Assembly (NCBI GenBank): GCA_021650915.1
Contig: CP091279.1
Span: forward strand, 1,290,001-1,322,000
From: Candidatus Brocadia sp.
GTDB lineage: Bacteria; Planctomycetota; Brocadiia; Brocadiales; Brocadiaceae
Reading direction: 5' to 3'
DNA length: 32,000 nt
Shown: in pieces, positions 1 through 8,933 of the stretch
How positions within the stretch are numbered: position 1 is the first letter of the stretch
Layout: each line of letters starts with the position of its first letter
Made by a program: the position numbers and the translations under genes
The notes under the pieces: generated by a model
Seen by the model: the letters and a program-made list of their open reading frames with translations, nothing else
Told to the model about the DNA's origin: nothing
The model's database searches: none

Positions 1-311
1 GCGGTATGAGCAAGGAATACGCATCGCCAGAACAAAAACAGATGATTCGCATGCTACGCGATGGTGAGGAGGAAAAAACTGTGTTGAAAAAAGTCAAGAT
101 GAACGCGGCATCAGATATGTATTCTGTTGGCTTGATTTTTTACCGGGTATTGACGGGGAAATTATGGCAGGAGGCAAATATCAACCCACAAGAAATCAAC
201 AAGGCCATTCCGGATAAACTCAACCGGGTTCTCTTAGGACTTTTAGAGGAAAACCCCGATAATCGTATCCCGTCTGCAGAGGCACTAAAAAAAGAACTAG
301 CGACAGTATAA
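1..311 (+). CDS. C-terminal end of a Ser/Thr protein kinase (5' part lies outside the window)
   Basis: The frame is open from the window edge. The translation contains SDMYSVGLIFYRVLTG, which fits the Hanks-kinase subdomain IX pattern (D-x-Y-S-x-G), followed by a short tail. Stop codon at 309-311. Confidence 0.6.
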   Translation, partial: GMSKEYASPEQKQMIRMLRDGEEEKTVLKKVKMNAASDMYSVGLIFYRVLTGKLWQEANINPQEINKAIPDKLNRVLLGLLEENPDNRIPSAEALKKELATV

Positions 312-457
312 TTCCTCAGACTAAGCCTCATACAACACAACGAAAGCCATAATACCACCGCTCATAAACGATTACGGCATAGGAAACCATTTACGAATTT
401 CTCTAAGAAGGCACTTCTTTGACCGTTCCCATTTCGTATTTCCCCTTAAATGCACGA

Positions 458-477
458 GGGCCGCTAAAAAGCGGCCC
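458..477. terminator. GC-rich hairpin GGGCCGCT-aaaa-AGCGGCCC in the intergenic region
   Basis: Perfect 8 bp stem read directly from the sequence, about 150 nt downstream of the kinase stop. No clear T-tract follows on either strand, so a terminator role is uncertain. Confidence 0.3.
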
Positions 478-809
478 CCGTAGCATCAAAACCCTGCAGA
501 AGAATACCTCTTTATAAGTTACCTAAAACAAACACCACAGGAACAAGGCAGTCACCAACGCCATTGTATACAACCGTGGAGATCCCACCGCTCAGAGTTA
601 CGACATGGGTATGGACATCCCGGAGTTGCGGCAGAGGTAAACCAGCGCCCCGTCCCAGTAGCTTGCAGCTACCGGTGGGCAAGAAAACTCCGTCTCTTTA
701 AGAATGTTCCTGTTCTTTGCTGTTCAAAACACCGCACTTCTGATATCATCTTATTTCAGCCGATCACTTGCGATATGCATCTTAAAATAACTACAAACAA
801 ATCTACCTG

Positions 810-1247
810 TTATTTGCCAAACGAGAATTTTCCCTGAGATCCGCCTACCGTTTGGAATAGGCCTGTATCTGTCGTTACTAAAAAGAGAAGGACGCGTTCC
901 TGCACCTCAAAGAGGGGACTTTCCGCCATTCCGGGAGAAAATACAACTCGCACCTCAGATTTAGCTGAAAGATCTCCCTTCAAGATACACTCAACCGAGA
1001 CAACTGCTTCCTGATCATTCTTCCTGGAGGAAATCCCCTTCACCGTACCAAATACAACGACATGGGAACGGTTAACCATCTCTGCATTTTCCAGTCGCAG
1101 CACCATGCCATATGCGCGATCAGAAGCCCCCCCAAACAGGCATATATAAAGGAGGAGGAGTGTTATCCCCCCCCCCCCCCATATTTTACCTGCATACTTC
1201 ATAAACTGGAGTTTAGTGTTTCCCATCGTTATAAATATTCTCTCCAA
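810..1247 (-). CDS. small secreted hypothetical protein containing a G14 tract
   Basis: ORF of up to 145 aa. Alternative ATG starts at 1226 and 1202 would reduce or remove the overlap with the upstream gene. The hydrophobic segment [13 protein letters not shown] looks like a signal peptide. No family was recognised. Confidence 0.45.
   Translation of the reverse strand: MERIFITMGNTKLQFMKYAGKIWGGGGITLLLLYICLFGGASDRAYGMVLRLENAEMVNRSHVVVFGTVKGISSRKNDQEAVVSVECILKGDLSAKSEVRVVFSPGMAESPLFEVQERVLLFLVTTDTGLFQTVGGSQGKFSFGK
1167..1180 (-). repeat. homopolymer, 14 x G on the coding (minus) strand
   Basis: Fourteen C residues counted on the plus strand. The tract encodes W-G-G-G-G at codons 8-12 if the ATG at 1202 is the start. 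Confidence 0.9.
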
Positions 1248-2469
1248 ATGCCCGCGCTCTAAATACCGGGTTCACAAAATGCACATTATACGTAGCGTTC
1301 TTGGCAACATCTCCGGGATTTATCACAATATCCCCTAACACCTGACCATTCAGGGATACACGAACGGTCTCAGAATCACCGGCTAGTATGTTATTAGCAA
1401 GCGCTATACTCACTTGCACCTGATCAATATCCTCCCTGGTGGCGGCAAGGCTAAATTGCGCCCTGTACAGGTCTCCGGTATGCCACCAAAAACCATCAAA
1501 TTGGGCACCAAAGGCATTTCGGGATAATACCCCATCCACATCTGCAAACACACTATTTCCGAGATTGGCTGCCCTTGGTAATATACGAGTACTCAGTAAT
1601 CCCGTGCCTTTCTCTCGCAGACTTACCGTTACACCATTTTCTAAAATCCTGAAACTCCCGGAACCAGGCGGTACCGTATCAAGAAGCTCGAGCTGAATGA
1701 CACAGTCATTCGACCGGTTCCCATATATCGCTACAATACCTCTGATATCATCATGAGAAAGATATGCCCTTCTCGCCGAATAGAACGGATACATCAGGGC
1801 ATTGGGATCGGCAGAGTGTCCCAATCCAAGGGCATGACCCATTTCATGGGCAGCAACAGTCAACAGATCAATTCCTGCCCCTCCAAACGTGGGCGACACC
1901 CATGTTTCGGCATCGTCAAAATGGATGTCTCCGGCAATACAACCGGCATTTACGGGTGGTGGATAAAAGGCATGCGCCAATACACCGCCCGCACCATCGA
2001 ACGGATACCCGTCACCATGATTTCCTACTCCCCACGAGATGCGAATATCGCCACTGCAATTGCCATCATCCAAGACTTCCTGGGGATACACCCGCGTTAC
2101 ATTCGACCAAAGGCCAAATGCCTGGCCAATGATTCCGCGTTCTGCGGCACCTGAAACATCTCCCGTGCCGGTGCCAACAACGCTATAGGTGAAACCGGTC
2201 ACTGGCCAACTCCCACCACTGGTTACATACGATGCAATTCCGAAGGGGAGATCGTCATAGAGGCAAGGGGAATCCGGGGTACAAGCGAATGATTCCGCTG
2301 CAGCAGAAATGGGTTCTACCCGGAAAATAGTATCATTATTCGTTGAAACAATATATTGTTGCCCCTCATAAACAGCAGAAACACCTTCTTCCTCAAGCGC
2401 AAAAGAATTAGTTCCAATACTTCCCACAACCGCTATGCAGACTGCTGCAATTCCAAACATTCGTCTCAT
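1213..2469 (-). CDS. secreted matrixin-family (M10) zinc metalloprotease
   Basis: N-terminal signal peptide [17 protein letters not shown]. Zinc site and Met-turn [23 protein letters not shown] match HExxHxxGxxH...ALM-x-P. RBS AAGGAGGAGG lies upstream of the ATG. Confidence 0.85.
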   Translation of the reverse strand: MRRMFGIAAVCIAVVGSIGTNSFALEEEGVSAVYEGQQYIVSTNNDTIFRVEPISAAAESFACTPDSPCLYDDLPFGIASYVTSGGSWPVTGFTYSVVGTGTGDVSGAAERGIIGQAFGLWSNVTRVYPQEVLDDGNCSGDIRISWGVGNHGDGYPFDGAGGVLAHAFYPPPVNAGCIAGDIHFDDAETWVSPTFGGAGIDLLTVAAHEMGHALGLGHSADPNALMYPFYSARRAYLSHDDIRGIVAIYGNRSNDCVIQLELLDTVPPGSGSFRILENGVTVSLREKGTGLLSTRILPRAANLGNSVFADVDGVLSRNAFGAQFDGFWWHTGDLYRAQFSLAATREDIDQVQVSIALANNILAGDSETVRVSLNGQVLGDIVINPGDVAKNATYNVHFVNPVFRARAFGENIYNDGKH

Positions 2470-2600
2470 ATTTCCTCCTCCTTTTTCTCACAGAATTAAT
2501 CAGAATATTTCCGGCACTTCTTCATAAACAGATACGATCTTGAAGAAAAATCCACGAACGTATCTTTTTCTTCTATTTCACAATCACCTCCTTTACCAAA

Positions 2601-2740
2601 TAAAAAAGCCTTACTGTCAAAATGCACATGATACATTTTCGGCAGTAAGGCTATCTTTCAGCATACTTTATGAGCATGCCACTACTTCAAAGATCCTTCA
2701 CTTTGCGCCCCCTGATCACTCAGGGTTTGCCTTTATCGAT
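2601..2740 (-). ncRNA. candidate sRNA, unit A of a tandem pair
   Basis: Promoter at 2746-2773 (minus strand). Long hairpin at 2607-2652 (AGCCTTACTG / CAGTAAGGCT) followed on the minus strand by TTTTTTATTT. No ORF longer than 8 codons. A paralogous unit lies 250-270 bp upstream (hairpin starts are 250 bp apart). Confidence 0.4.
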
Positions 2741-2745
2741 AACTC

Positions 2746-2773
2746 ATTATATCATAAAAACAAAATATTTCAA
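2746..2773 (-). promoter_or_regulatory. sigma70-like promoter for sRNA unit A
   Basis: The minus strand reads TTGAAA, a 16 nt spacer, then TATAAT. On the plus strand these are tttcaa at 2768-2773 and attata at 2746-2751. Confidence 0.5.
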
Positions 2774-2850
2774 TTAACAGCGCATATTTTTAAAAACAGG
2801 GTATCGGAAGATTTTCCATATGTCTTAGCATAAAAATGTAATTTATTCTC

Positions 2851-2975
2851 AAAAAAAGCCTTGCTGCCGAATACTTTTTACATTTTCGACAGCAAGGCTA
2901 TCTTGAAATTCGTTCTTATAAACTACACGATCCTTCGCCTGAGCCTCTTGATTACTCAGAGTCTGCTTTCGTGGA
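2851..2975 (-). ncRNA. candidate sRNA, unit B of a tandem pair
   Basis: Hairpin at 2857-2899 (AGCCTTGCTG / CAGCAAGGCT) followed on the minus strand by T7. Shares the blocks CTGAGTrATCA and GAAGGATC with unit A. Weaker promoter-like TTAGCA, 16 nt spacer, TAAAAG. Confidence 0.3.
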
Positions 2976-3015
2976 ATTCTTTTATCAGAAATACAAAAAA
3001 TGCTAAAACAACGAT

Positions 3016-3033
3016 CCGTATTTAAAAATACGG
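3016..3033 (-). terminator. hairpin just downstream of the lipoprotein gene stop
   Basis: The minus strand reads CCGTATTT-tt-AAATACGG followed by the T-rich atcgttgtttt, 13 nt after the stop codon at 3046. Confidence 0.35.
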
Positions 3034-3045
3034 AAACGCAATAGG

Positions 3046-3774
3046 CTATTTTTCAGAGGTGGAACGAACCTTCTCGTTGGCAATTTCTATGTTAAACTTT
3101 GCTTCCAGATTCTCAGGTTCAATGACGAGGACTTCTTCCCATTTACCAATTGCCGCCTTGTAATTCCCTTCCCGATACAACGTCAGGGCATCGTCCAACA
3201 ACTTTTGCAGCGCCTCTTTCTCCTGGTTGGTGATAATCGTCTTTAATTTCTGGTCGTTCTCCGGCTTTATTTCACTGCTTGCATCTTTCAGCATCTCACG
3301 CCCCTGCTCAAGCATCTCCTTTACCTCTTTGGTTTGTTCTATCTTCTTACCCGTCAAACGGGATCTTTGCGCCTGGAGCGCCATCAGCTGGTTTTGCAAA
3401 TCAGTTTTTGCCTTCTCAATTTCACCCATCTCCCTTTCAAGGTCTTTTACCGTCTTCTGTGTCTCGGCAACTACGTTCTCTAATGAACTGTCCATAAGCA
3501 CTATCTTGGAATCTAATTCATTCAGGCGACTGAGAAGTTTTGTATAATTAGAATCAGCATCGGCGGTCTTTGACGACAGCAACTCGACGCGTTTGCCAAG
3601 CGCTTGTGTCGTATCGTTTAAATCAGACAATCCCCGCTCAAGCTCCTTGATTTTTCGATCATTCACTCCTACCGGCACGGCTTGGATATCGGGTGATCTT
3701 TGAGAAGCTGCAACACATCCTGTAACCAGGGTAGCGAAACCCAATGCCATTACAATACTACCGCGTTGTTTCAT
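3046..3774 (-). CDS. lipoprotein with a long coiled-coil region and a C-terminal TPR-like motif
   Basis: Signal peptide plus lipobox-like LVTGC. A heptad-rich central region rich in E, K, L and Q. The C-terminal ALTLYREGNYKAAIGKWEEVLVIEPEN resembles a TPR. The architecture resembles CpoB/YbgF, but identity is not established. Confidence 0.6.
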   Translation of the reverse strand: MKQRGSIVMALGFATLVTGCVAASQRSPDIQAVPVGVNDRKIKELERGLSDLNDTTQALGKRVELLSSKTADADSNYTKLLSRLNELDSKIVLMDSSLENVVAETQKTVKDLEREMGEIEKAKTDLQNQLMALQAQRSRLTGKKIEQTKEVKEMLEQGREMLKDASSEIKPENDQKLKTIITNQEKEALQKLLDDALTLYREGNYKAAIGKWEEVLVIEPENLEAKFNIEIANEKVRSTSEK

Positions 3775-3816
3775 GATCCTCCTTTTTCGAAAGCCGGATG
3801 CATAGTCAAAAGGAAT

Positions 3817-4422
3817 CTATTTCATCTTTGACAAGTCAAAGTCAAACACCGTTTCTTCCCCCCCAGGAGCAACAACCGCCAGCGTAACAACTCCATTCAA
3901 ATCAATGTCTTTCGTTGGAAATTTAAATACCAGACGGGCTGAGTGGCTTGGGGAATCAGGCCAGAATTCGCTGGCTTCAGCAATATCAGGGGTAAACTCA
4001 AACTCTGGCTGTATCACATCATCCTTATAATAAAGCTTAGCGGTATAGTGAACGCAAAAGTCATATTCATCACCATAAACGGTAACGGAAAAGGTAAAAG
4101 CATCACCAATTTCCGCCGCCTGCATAATATTCTTTTGAGTAAACTCCCGCTGCTCTACGGCAAATTTTCGTGCCTTATAAGCAATATTATGAAAGGGGGT
4201 AAATAAGGTTGCAGTGCCCAGTCCTTTTTCTTTGCAGATAGTCCACGGTTTTGAAAACAATGATATCTCAATGCGTTTGTTTTTTTGCCCATATTCCACA
4301 GCCTCAGCTATTTGTTCCGTAGACAGCTCTAAAGAAATGGCGTAGGTTGGCTTTAATGCGAACAAACACATCTCCAGAGCAAAAACAGCCGTTATCGCAA
4401 ATACGTTCTTCATTACCATCAT
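3817..4422 (-). CDS. secreted hypothetical protein
   Basis: ORF of 201 aa with an N-terminal hydrophobic signal sequence (VFAITAVFALEMCLFAL). No family recognised. Confidence 0.55.
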   Translation of the reverse strand: MMVMKNVFAITAVFALEMCLFALKPTYAISLELSTEQIAEAVEYGQKNKRIEISLFSKPWTICKEKGLGTATLFTPFHNIAYKARKFAVEQREFTQKNIMQAAEIGDAFTFSVTVYGDEYDFCVHYTAKLYYKDDVIQPEFEFTPDIAEASEFWPDSPSHSARLVFKFPTKDIDLNGVVTLAVVAPGGEETVFDFDLSKMK

Positions 4423-4451
4423 TTCACTCTCGCAAATTATTTTTTTTATTC

Positions 4452-4745
4452 TTATTCAGCGCTTGGTTCTGTTGCCGCAGCTTCCTCTGCAGGCGCCGCC
4501 TCGGACGCTGCCTCTGCCTCTTTTTTCTCCTCTGCGGATGGTTTTACGACATAATTTTTGCCGGTCTTCATCAGGCTTGCACCACACACAATAAACATAA
4601 TGCCAAAGACGACAGCGCCAACAAAACAGAATACCCCGCCGAGATTATTTACCATTCCTTCGACTTTTTGATTGGTCATAATCTTTTCAGATTTTTCGGT
4701 AATTATCTGATTCAACTTGTCAATCATTGCACCGTACCCCCCCAA
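4452..4745 (-). CDS. small membrane protein with an acidic Ala/Glu-rich tail
   Basis: ORF of 97 aa with one clear TM segment (VFCFVGAVVFGIMFIVCGASL). The C-terminal low-complexity tail reads EEKKEAEAASEAAPAEEAAATEPSAE. Confidence 0.45.
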   Translation of the reverse strand: MGGYGAMIDKLNQIITEKSEKIMTNQKVEGMVNNLGGVFCFVGAVVFGIMFIVCGASLMKTGKNYVVKPSAEEKKEAEAASEAAPAEEAAATEPSAE

Positions 4746-4820
4746 TATAATTCGTATCTTACACGGAAAAACTTACCATAAATACAAAACTTTTTGCGAA
4801 AAAAAAATCATCTTACATCT

Positions 4821-5618
4821 CTACTTTTTCACTAAATCATGATACATTGATAATTCCCGGTCAGCCTCTTCCTTCATCCCTTTCCCGCGATATATTGATT
4901 CTAAATTTTTATGTGCCTTTGCATATCCAGGATTTAGAGCAATGGCTTTCTTGTATTCGCTGATTTGGTTTTCATACATTTTTTTTTCCCCATATGCCAC
5001 TCCCAGATTAAAATGGGCCTCCGCACTTCTGGGGTTCAACTCCAACACCTTCTTGTATTGTGCGATTTCGTCATCCAACAACCCTTTCTTTCCATATGAA
5101 ACCCCTAAATTGAAATAGGAGTTTACGGATTGAGGGGAAATTTCGATTGCTTTTTTATACGCAGTAATTGATTCATCGTACTTTTCTTTCTCACGATAGG
5201 AATCCCCCAAATTATAAAATGCCTCAAAATTCTTTGGGTCAAGCTCGATAACTTTTTCGTACAGACTGATTTCTTCATCAACCATCCCCTTGGCACCGTA
5301 TGCAATCCCAAGATTAAAATACGCGTCTGTATATCTCGGATCCAACTCTATTGCAATCTTATATGCGGCAATCTCCGCATCGAACATCTTCCGTTTGCTA
5401 TAAGCCACACCTAAGTTATTATACACCTTTGGAGAATATCTGTTTAATTCAATGGCTTTTTTGTACTCCGTAATCGCCAGGTCAACCAAACCACGATTGT
5501 TGTATTCATTTCCCATCTGATAATGCACATCAAAGTCGCCAAACTCTTCTGCACCGTAATTCAGTGGAGCACAGATAACATTGAGAAACAGCAAGACCGT
5601 AAAAACAATGCGTTTCAT
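4821..5618 (-). CDS. secreted TPR-repeat protein
   Basis: Signal peptide followed by about 6-7 consecutive 34-aa repeats of the form YxNLGxAYxxxGxxDEAIxxYKKAIELxP. Confidence 0.8.
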   Translation of the reverse strand: MKRIVFTVLLFLNVICAPLNYGAEEFGDFDVHYQMGNEYNNRGLVDLAITEYKKAIELNRYSPKVYNNLGVAYSKRKMFDAEIAAYKIAIELDPRYTDAYFNLGIAYGAKGMVDEEISLYEKVIELDPKNFEAFYNLGDSYREKEKYDESITAYKKAIEISPQSVNSYFNLGVSYGKKGLLDDEIAQYKKVLELNPRSAEAHFNLGVAYGEKKMYENQISEYKKAIALNPGYAKAHKNLESIYRGKGMKEEADRELSMYHDLVKK

Positions 5619-5624
5619 ATGGCT

Positions 5625-6002
5625 CTAAATCACCGGGGAAAAAAACCAATAGGTTTTATCGTTCTTCGGGGAAACCTCTTTTGCAATCGTATTAAATTCA
5701 GATTGAGAAAGATCATCCAATTTCTTACCATATTTTTTTACCGTTTTATTGAATTCCAGCACCTTTTCAACAAGGATTTCATGGGTCTCAGCAGAACCTC
5801 CTAAGATGTAGAAGTCTTCGCCCGTCGTAATTCTTTTGTGACTGTCCTTGCTGTCAAAGGCAAGACCATAAAGAATGGTGCTTTTCCTGTCTGATTTCTT
5901 CTCATTATCCACAGCGTAACTCCTTTCTGCAGGTATGGTATATCGCATGCCATGAGTTGTCGTTACGACAAAAAGGATACCATTCCCCCGGAAAAATGTC
6001 AA
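5625..6002 (-). CDS. hypothetical protein
   Basis: ORF of 125 aa with a TTG start preceded by GGGGGT. An alternative ATG lies at 5948. The ORF ends 6 nt before the TPR gene start. No family recognised. Confidence 0.4.
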   Translation of the reverse strand: MTFFRGNGILFVVTTTHGMRYTIPAERSYAVDNEKKSDRKSTILYGLAFDSKDSHKRITTGEDFYILGGSAETHEILVEKVLEFNKTVKKYGKKLDDLSQSEFNTIAKEVSPKNDKTYWFFSPVI

Positions 6003-6210
6003 GTTAATATACCCCCACCCCGAACAAGCCGGGAAAGCGAGCGAACCCTTCAGGGTTCAAAACCTTGACAAGGTTATGTCTGTCCATATTTTTGCCAAAA
6101 ATGTTAAAATATTTTTTATTAGACCCTACTTTCGCGCATAAAAAAGAGCTTTCCTGACGTCTTATCCTGTGTATCACGACTGAAAAAAATGCCTGGTGTA
6201 TCACTGATTT

Positions 6211-7575
6211 TTACGAAGCCGACCAAGTGAGCATTCTGCTGGCAATCTCAAAATAAATCACCAAGCCTGTCGCATCTAATAAGGTAGCGATAAGCGGCGC
6301 TGAAACAAAGGCCGGATCCAGTTTGATAAACCTGAAAAATAACGGTATCGCAAGGCCGACAATATTACCCACGCTCACCACGATGCACAAAGAAACACCA
6401 ACCGTTGAAGCTACCGTCATCTGTTTCAAGGATATGGCTGCAATGACAAAGGCGATAAAACCCATAATAAGCCCCAGGGAGATACCCACCTTAAATTCCC
6501 GCAATAAAATCCGCCACCATTCTTTCGTCTTGATTTCCCCCGTTGCAAGCGCGCGAATGATTAATGTGGATGACTGTGACCCCGTGTTGCCCCCTGACCC
6601 TGTAAGCATGGGAATGAAATACGCAAGGGCAATCACGGAACTGAGGACCCCGGAATAACTTTTCAAAATGGTTTGTGATATCGTTGCGGCAATAACCAGG
6701 ATAACCAGCCACGAAACCCGATTGACGATCCGCTTTGAAAATCCCACCCGAAAATATTCTTCCTCCGTAGTCTGAATACCGGCCATCCGCTGAAAATCTT
6801 CGGTTACTTCTTCCTGCACGACGTCTAACACATCGTCGACCGTAACGATGCCGACCAGTCTGTCTTCATTATCCACCACGGGCACCGCCAGGATATCATA
6901 TTTTTGCACTACCTGAACCGCCTTTTCCTGGTCATCGGTGGTATGGACATAAAAAACATTTTCATTCATAATGTCCTTAATAAGCTGGCCGGGATTGGCG
7001 AGGATAATATTCTTCAGAGAAGCGACACCGCGAAGTTTTTTGGTCTCATCAACTATATAACAAATATAAATCGTTTCCCGGTTTGGCCCGGTTTTACGAA
7101 TATGTTCCAATGCCTCCGCCACCGTCATGCCTATTTGAAGGTCGACATATTCCGGAGTCATGATGCGTCCGGAAGAGTTGTGAGGATAATTCAGGAGTTC
7201 GTTGGCCTCCTTGCGTTCCGCGGGAGGCAGGAGCTTCAGGAGTTTTTCAACTACGTGGGCAGGCAATTCATCAAAGAGCTGGGTCCGGTCGTCCGGCTGC
7301 ATCTGAATCAGAATTTCTTTTGCATGCTGCTCTGTAAACTGCTTGAGAAGTTCTTCCTGCTCTACCGGTTCAACAAGGGCAAAGACCGCTGAAATCTTAT
7401 GTTTATCAAGCAGCCTGAAACCCATAACACGTTCAGTCGGATCAAGCTCGCGGAGGATGTCCACAATGTCGGCCGGATGCCGCTCCCGAAGAAAATCCCG
7501 CAACCCCTTGAAATCTCTGGTTTCAATGAGCTCCTTTATCTCAGGAAGAAAGATCTTCGTCCACTGTAGTTCCAT
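6211..7575 (-). CDS. mgtE: magnesium transporter MgtE
   Basis: 454 aa with the typical MgtE layout: an N-terminal domain, two CBS-like segments (ILAVPVVDNEDRLVGIVTVDDVLD), and a C-terminal 5-TM domain containing PMLTGSGGNTGSQS. Confidence 0.9.
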   Translation of the reverse strand: MELQWTKIFLPEIKELIETRDFKGLRDFLRERHPADIVDILRELDPTERVMGFRLLDKHKISAVFALVEPVEQEELLKQFTEQHAKEILIQMQPDDRTQLFDELPAHVVEKLLKLLPPAERKEANELLNYPHNSSGRIMTPEYVDLQIGMTVAEALEHIRKTGPNRETIYICYIVDETKKLRGVASLKNIILANPGQLIKDIMNENVFYVHTTDDQEKAVQVVQKYDILAVPVVDNEDRLVGIVTVDDVLDVVQEEVTEDFQRMAGIQTTEEEYFRVGFSKRIVNRVSWLVILVIAATISQTILKSYSGVLSSVIALAYFIPMLTGSGGNTGSQSSTLIIRALATGEIKTKEWWRILLREFKVGISLGLIMGFIAFVIAAISLKQMTVASTVGVSLCIVVSVGNIVGLAIPLFFRFIKLDPAFVSAPLIATLLDATGLVIYFEIASRMLTWSAS

Positions 7576-7667
7576 GGTGAATGCGTTTTTGCAAGTTTCT
7601 CAACGGACCCCTCACTCCATTCTTTTTAGAGGCGACCCGACTGCAGCTTCACTGCACGATGATATCT

Positions 7668-8858
7668 TTACTCAACTTTTTCCACTCCCAGGGCCTTTGC
7701 CATGCCCAGAAGCGTCCTTCCCAGGAGCGAACGTTTCATTTCAATTGCATGAAAATCGCACACCTCATCGCAGCAAAAACATCCGATGCATTTCTTCTTA
7801 TCCACAATCACCTTGCCATTCTCTTTCGACATAGCGCCGGCAGGACAGTTTCTTACACATTCGTAGCACCGCGTACAGTTTGCATGATTTACCGAAGAAA
7901 AGGTGGAACAGGTGCTGTCAAACATCATGGTCAGCAGAAAATCGGGAAGATATTTTCCTGCAAAATCCTGAGCGCCGCTGGAAGGTTTTTGAAAATCCGG
8001 CACGGATACGTTATGAATGGTTTCGCCGACTACATTGATGGTATCGAGCTCCCCGATACCCAGGCCTCGCTGGTGTGCAAACCGGATGGTCGGTATAGCC
8101 ATAGGTTCAAAGCCAATAATGCTGCTCGCTGCCGAATCCAGGGCGACACTGTCCTGGCTGGCGAGAATCAGGCCAACCTTTTTCGGTTGGCCGGCATTCG
8201 GCCCGTTTCCCTCCATACCCACAATGGCATCCATGATAATCAGATGGGGCGGCACCATATGATAGATGTCTACCAGCGCCTTTGCAAACACCGTCGGTTT
8301 TGGTGCAATCAAATGCACGTTCTTTTTTCCATTCCCGGGGATGCTGCCCAACATATTCTTTATCGCGCCGGTGTATTGCGTCAACCCATGAGTTTTCAAC
8401 TTTGGCACTGATACGATAAAATCCACTGTCCGCAGGGTCCTGGCAATACGGAATTTATCTAAAATTTCATAATCTTTGTTGTGAACGTCTACGTACTCAT
8501 CCTTATCAAAATTCACAATCTTCGCGCCGGTTTCCTCAGCAATATCAGTGATCCGGGTAATGCGAAAGGCATTAAAGGTGGAGGCGTTCTTCACGCTGCC
8601 GGACGAGTCTCCTATAAAAACGTCACATCCAAAGTCTTTCTGAAATATGCGAACAAGGGCACGGACCACGATGGGATGCGTGTTAACAGCCCTCTCCGGC
8701 GGTTGTGATGAAGAGAGGAGATTGAGCTTTAACAGCACCTTCATACCGGGTTTAACCAGTTTATCGACGCCATTTAGCAGGCTTAAAGACTTATGAATGG
8801 CGTGATAAACCTTTTCTGATTCATAATCATCACATTTGACAATGGATACTGTGGGCAT
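7668..8858 (-). CDS. DUF362-type protein fused to a 2x[4Fe-4S] ferredoxin domain
   Basis: The N-terminus VSIVKCDDYE...VKPGMKVLLKLNLL...HP.VV...IGDSSG matches the DUF362 pattern. The C-terminus carries CTRCYECVRNCP and CIGCFCCDEVCD cluster motifs. Confidence 0.75.
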   Translation of the reverse strand: MPTVSIVKCDDYESEKVYHAIHKSLSLLNGVDKLVKPGMKVLLKLNLLSSSQPPERAVNTHPIVVRALVRIFQKDFGCDVFIGDSSGSVKNASTFNAFRITRITDIAEETGAKIVNFDKDEYVDVHNKDYEILDKFRIARTLRTVDFIVSVPKLKTHGLTQYTGAIKNMLGSIPGNGKKNVHLIAPKPTVFAKALVDIYHMVPPHLIIMDAIVGMEGNGPNAGQPKKVGLILASQDSVALDSAASSIIGFEPMAIPTIRFAHQRGLGIGELDTINVVGETIHNVSVPDFQKPSSGAQDFAGKYLPDFLLTMMFDSTCSTFSSVNHANCTRCYECVRNCPAGAMSKENGKVIVDKKKCIGCFCCDEVCDFHAIEMKRSLLGRTLLGMAKALGVEKVE

Positions 8859-8933
8859 GGAAAACCTCTTTTTTTATAATACTGATCTAATATAATAGCG
8901 ATAGCAACGGAAGGTATTACGATAACATTCTTC

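Noticed and set aside
355-625. CCACCGCTCA...TTACG.CAT.GG occurs twice (about 355 and 587), and a possible long-range pairing CAGGAACA/TGTTCCTG occurs at 539 and 706.
   Set aside because: The matches are short and gapped. A single shared 10-mer within 500 bp is not clearly beyond chance, and no promoter or terminator frames it.
2583-2596. ATCACCTCCTTTA, identical to the anti-Shine-Dalgarno 3' end of 16S rRNA. Its complement is a perfect extended SD followed by GTG AAA TAG.
   Set aside because: There is no rRNA context. The sequence is most simply an SD-like element in the leader of the matrixin gene. The two-codon mini-ORF is too weak to support any claim.
6004-6204. Minus-strand ORF of 66 aa between mgtE and the 125-aa ORF, plus a plus-strand TTGACA/TATTTT promoter-like pair at 6065-6092.
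   Set aside because: The ORF has no RBS or motif and occupies an AT-rich intergenic spacer. The promoter-like hexamers point antisense into the mgtE 3' end and are only a moderate match to consensus.
7576-7667. An M-box (Mg) riboswitch upstream of mgtE.
   Set aside because: Only 92 nt separate mgtE from the upstream gene, and no M-box-like conserved segments are visible.
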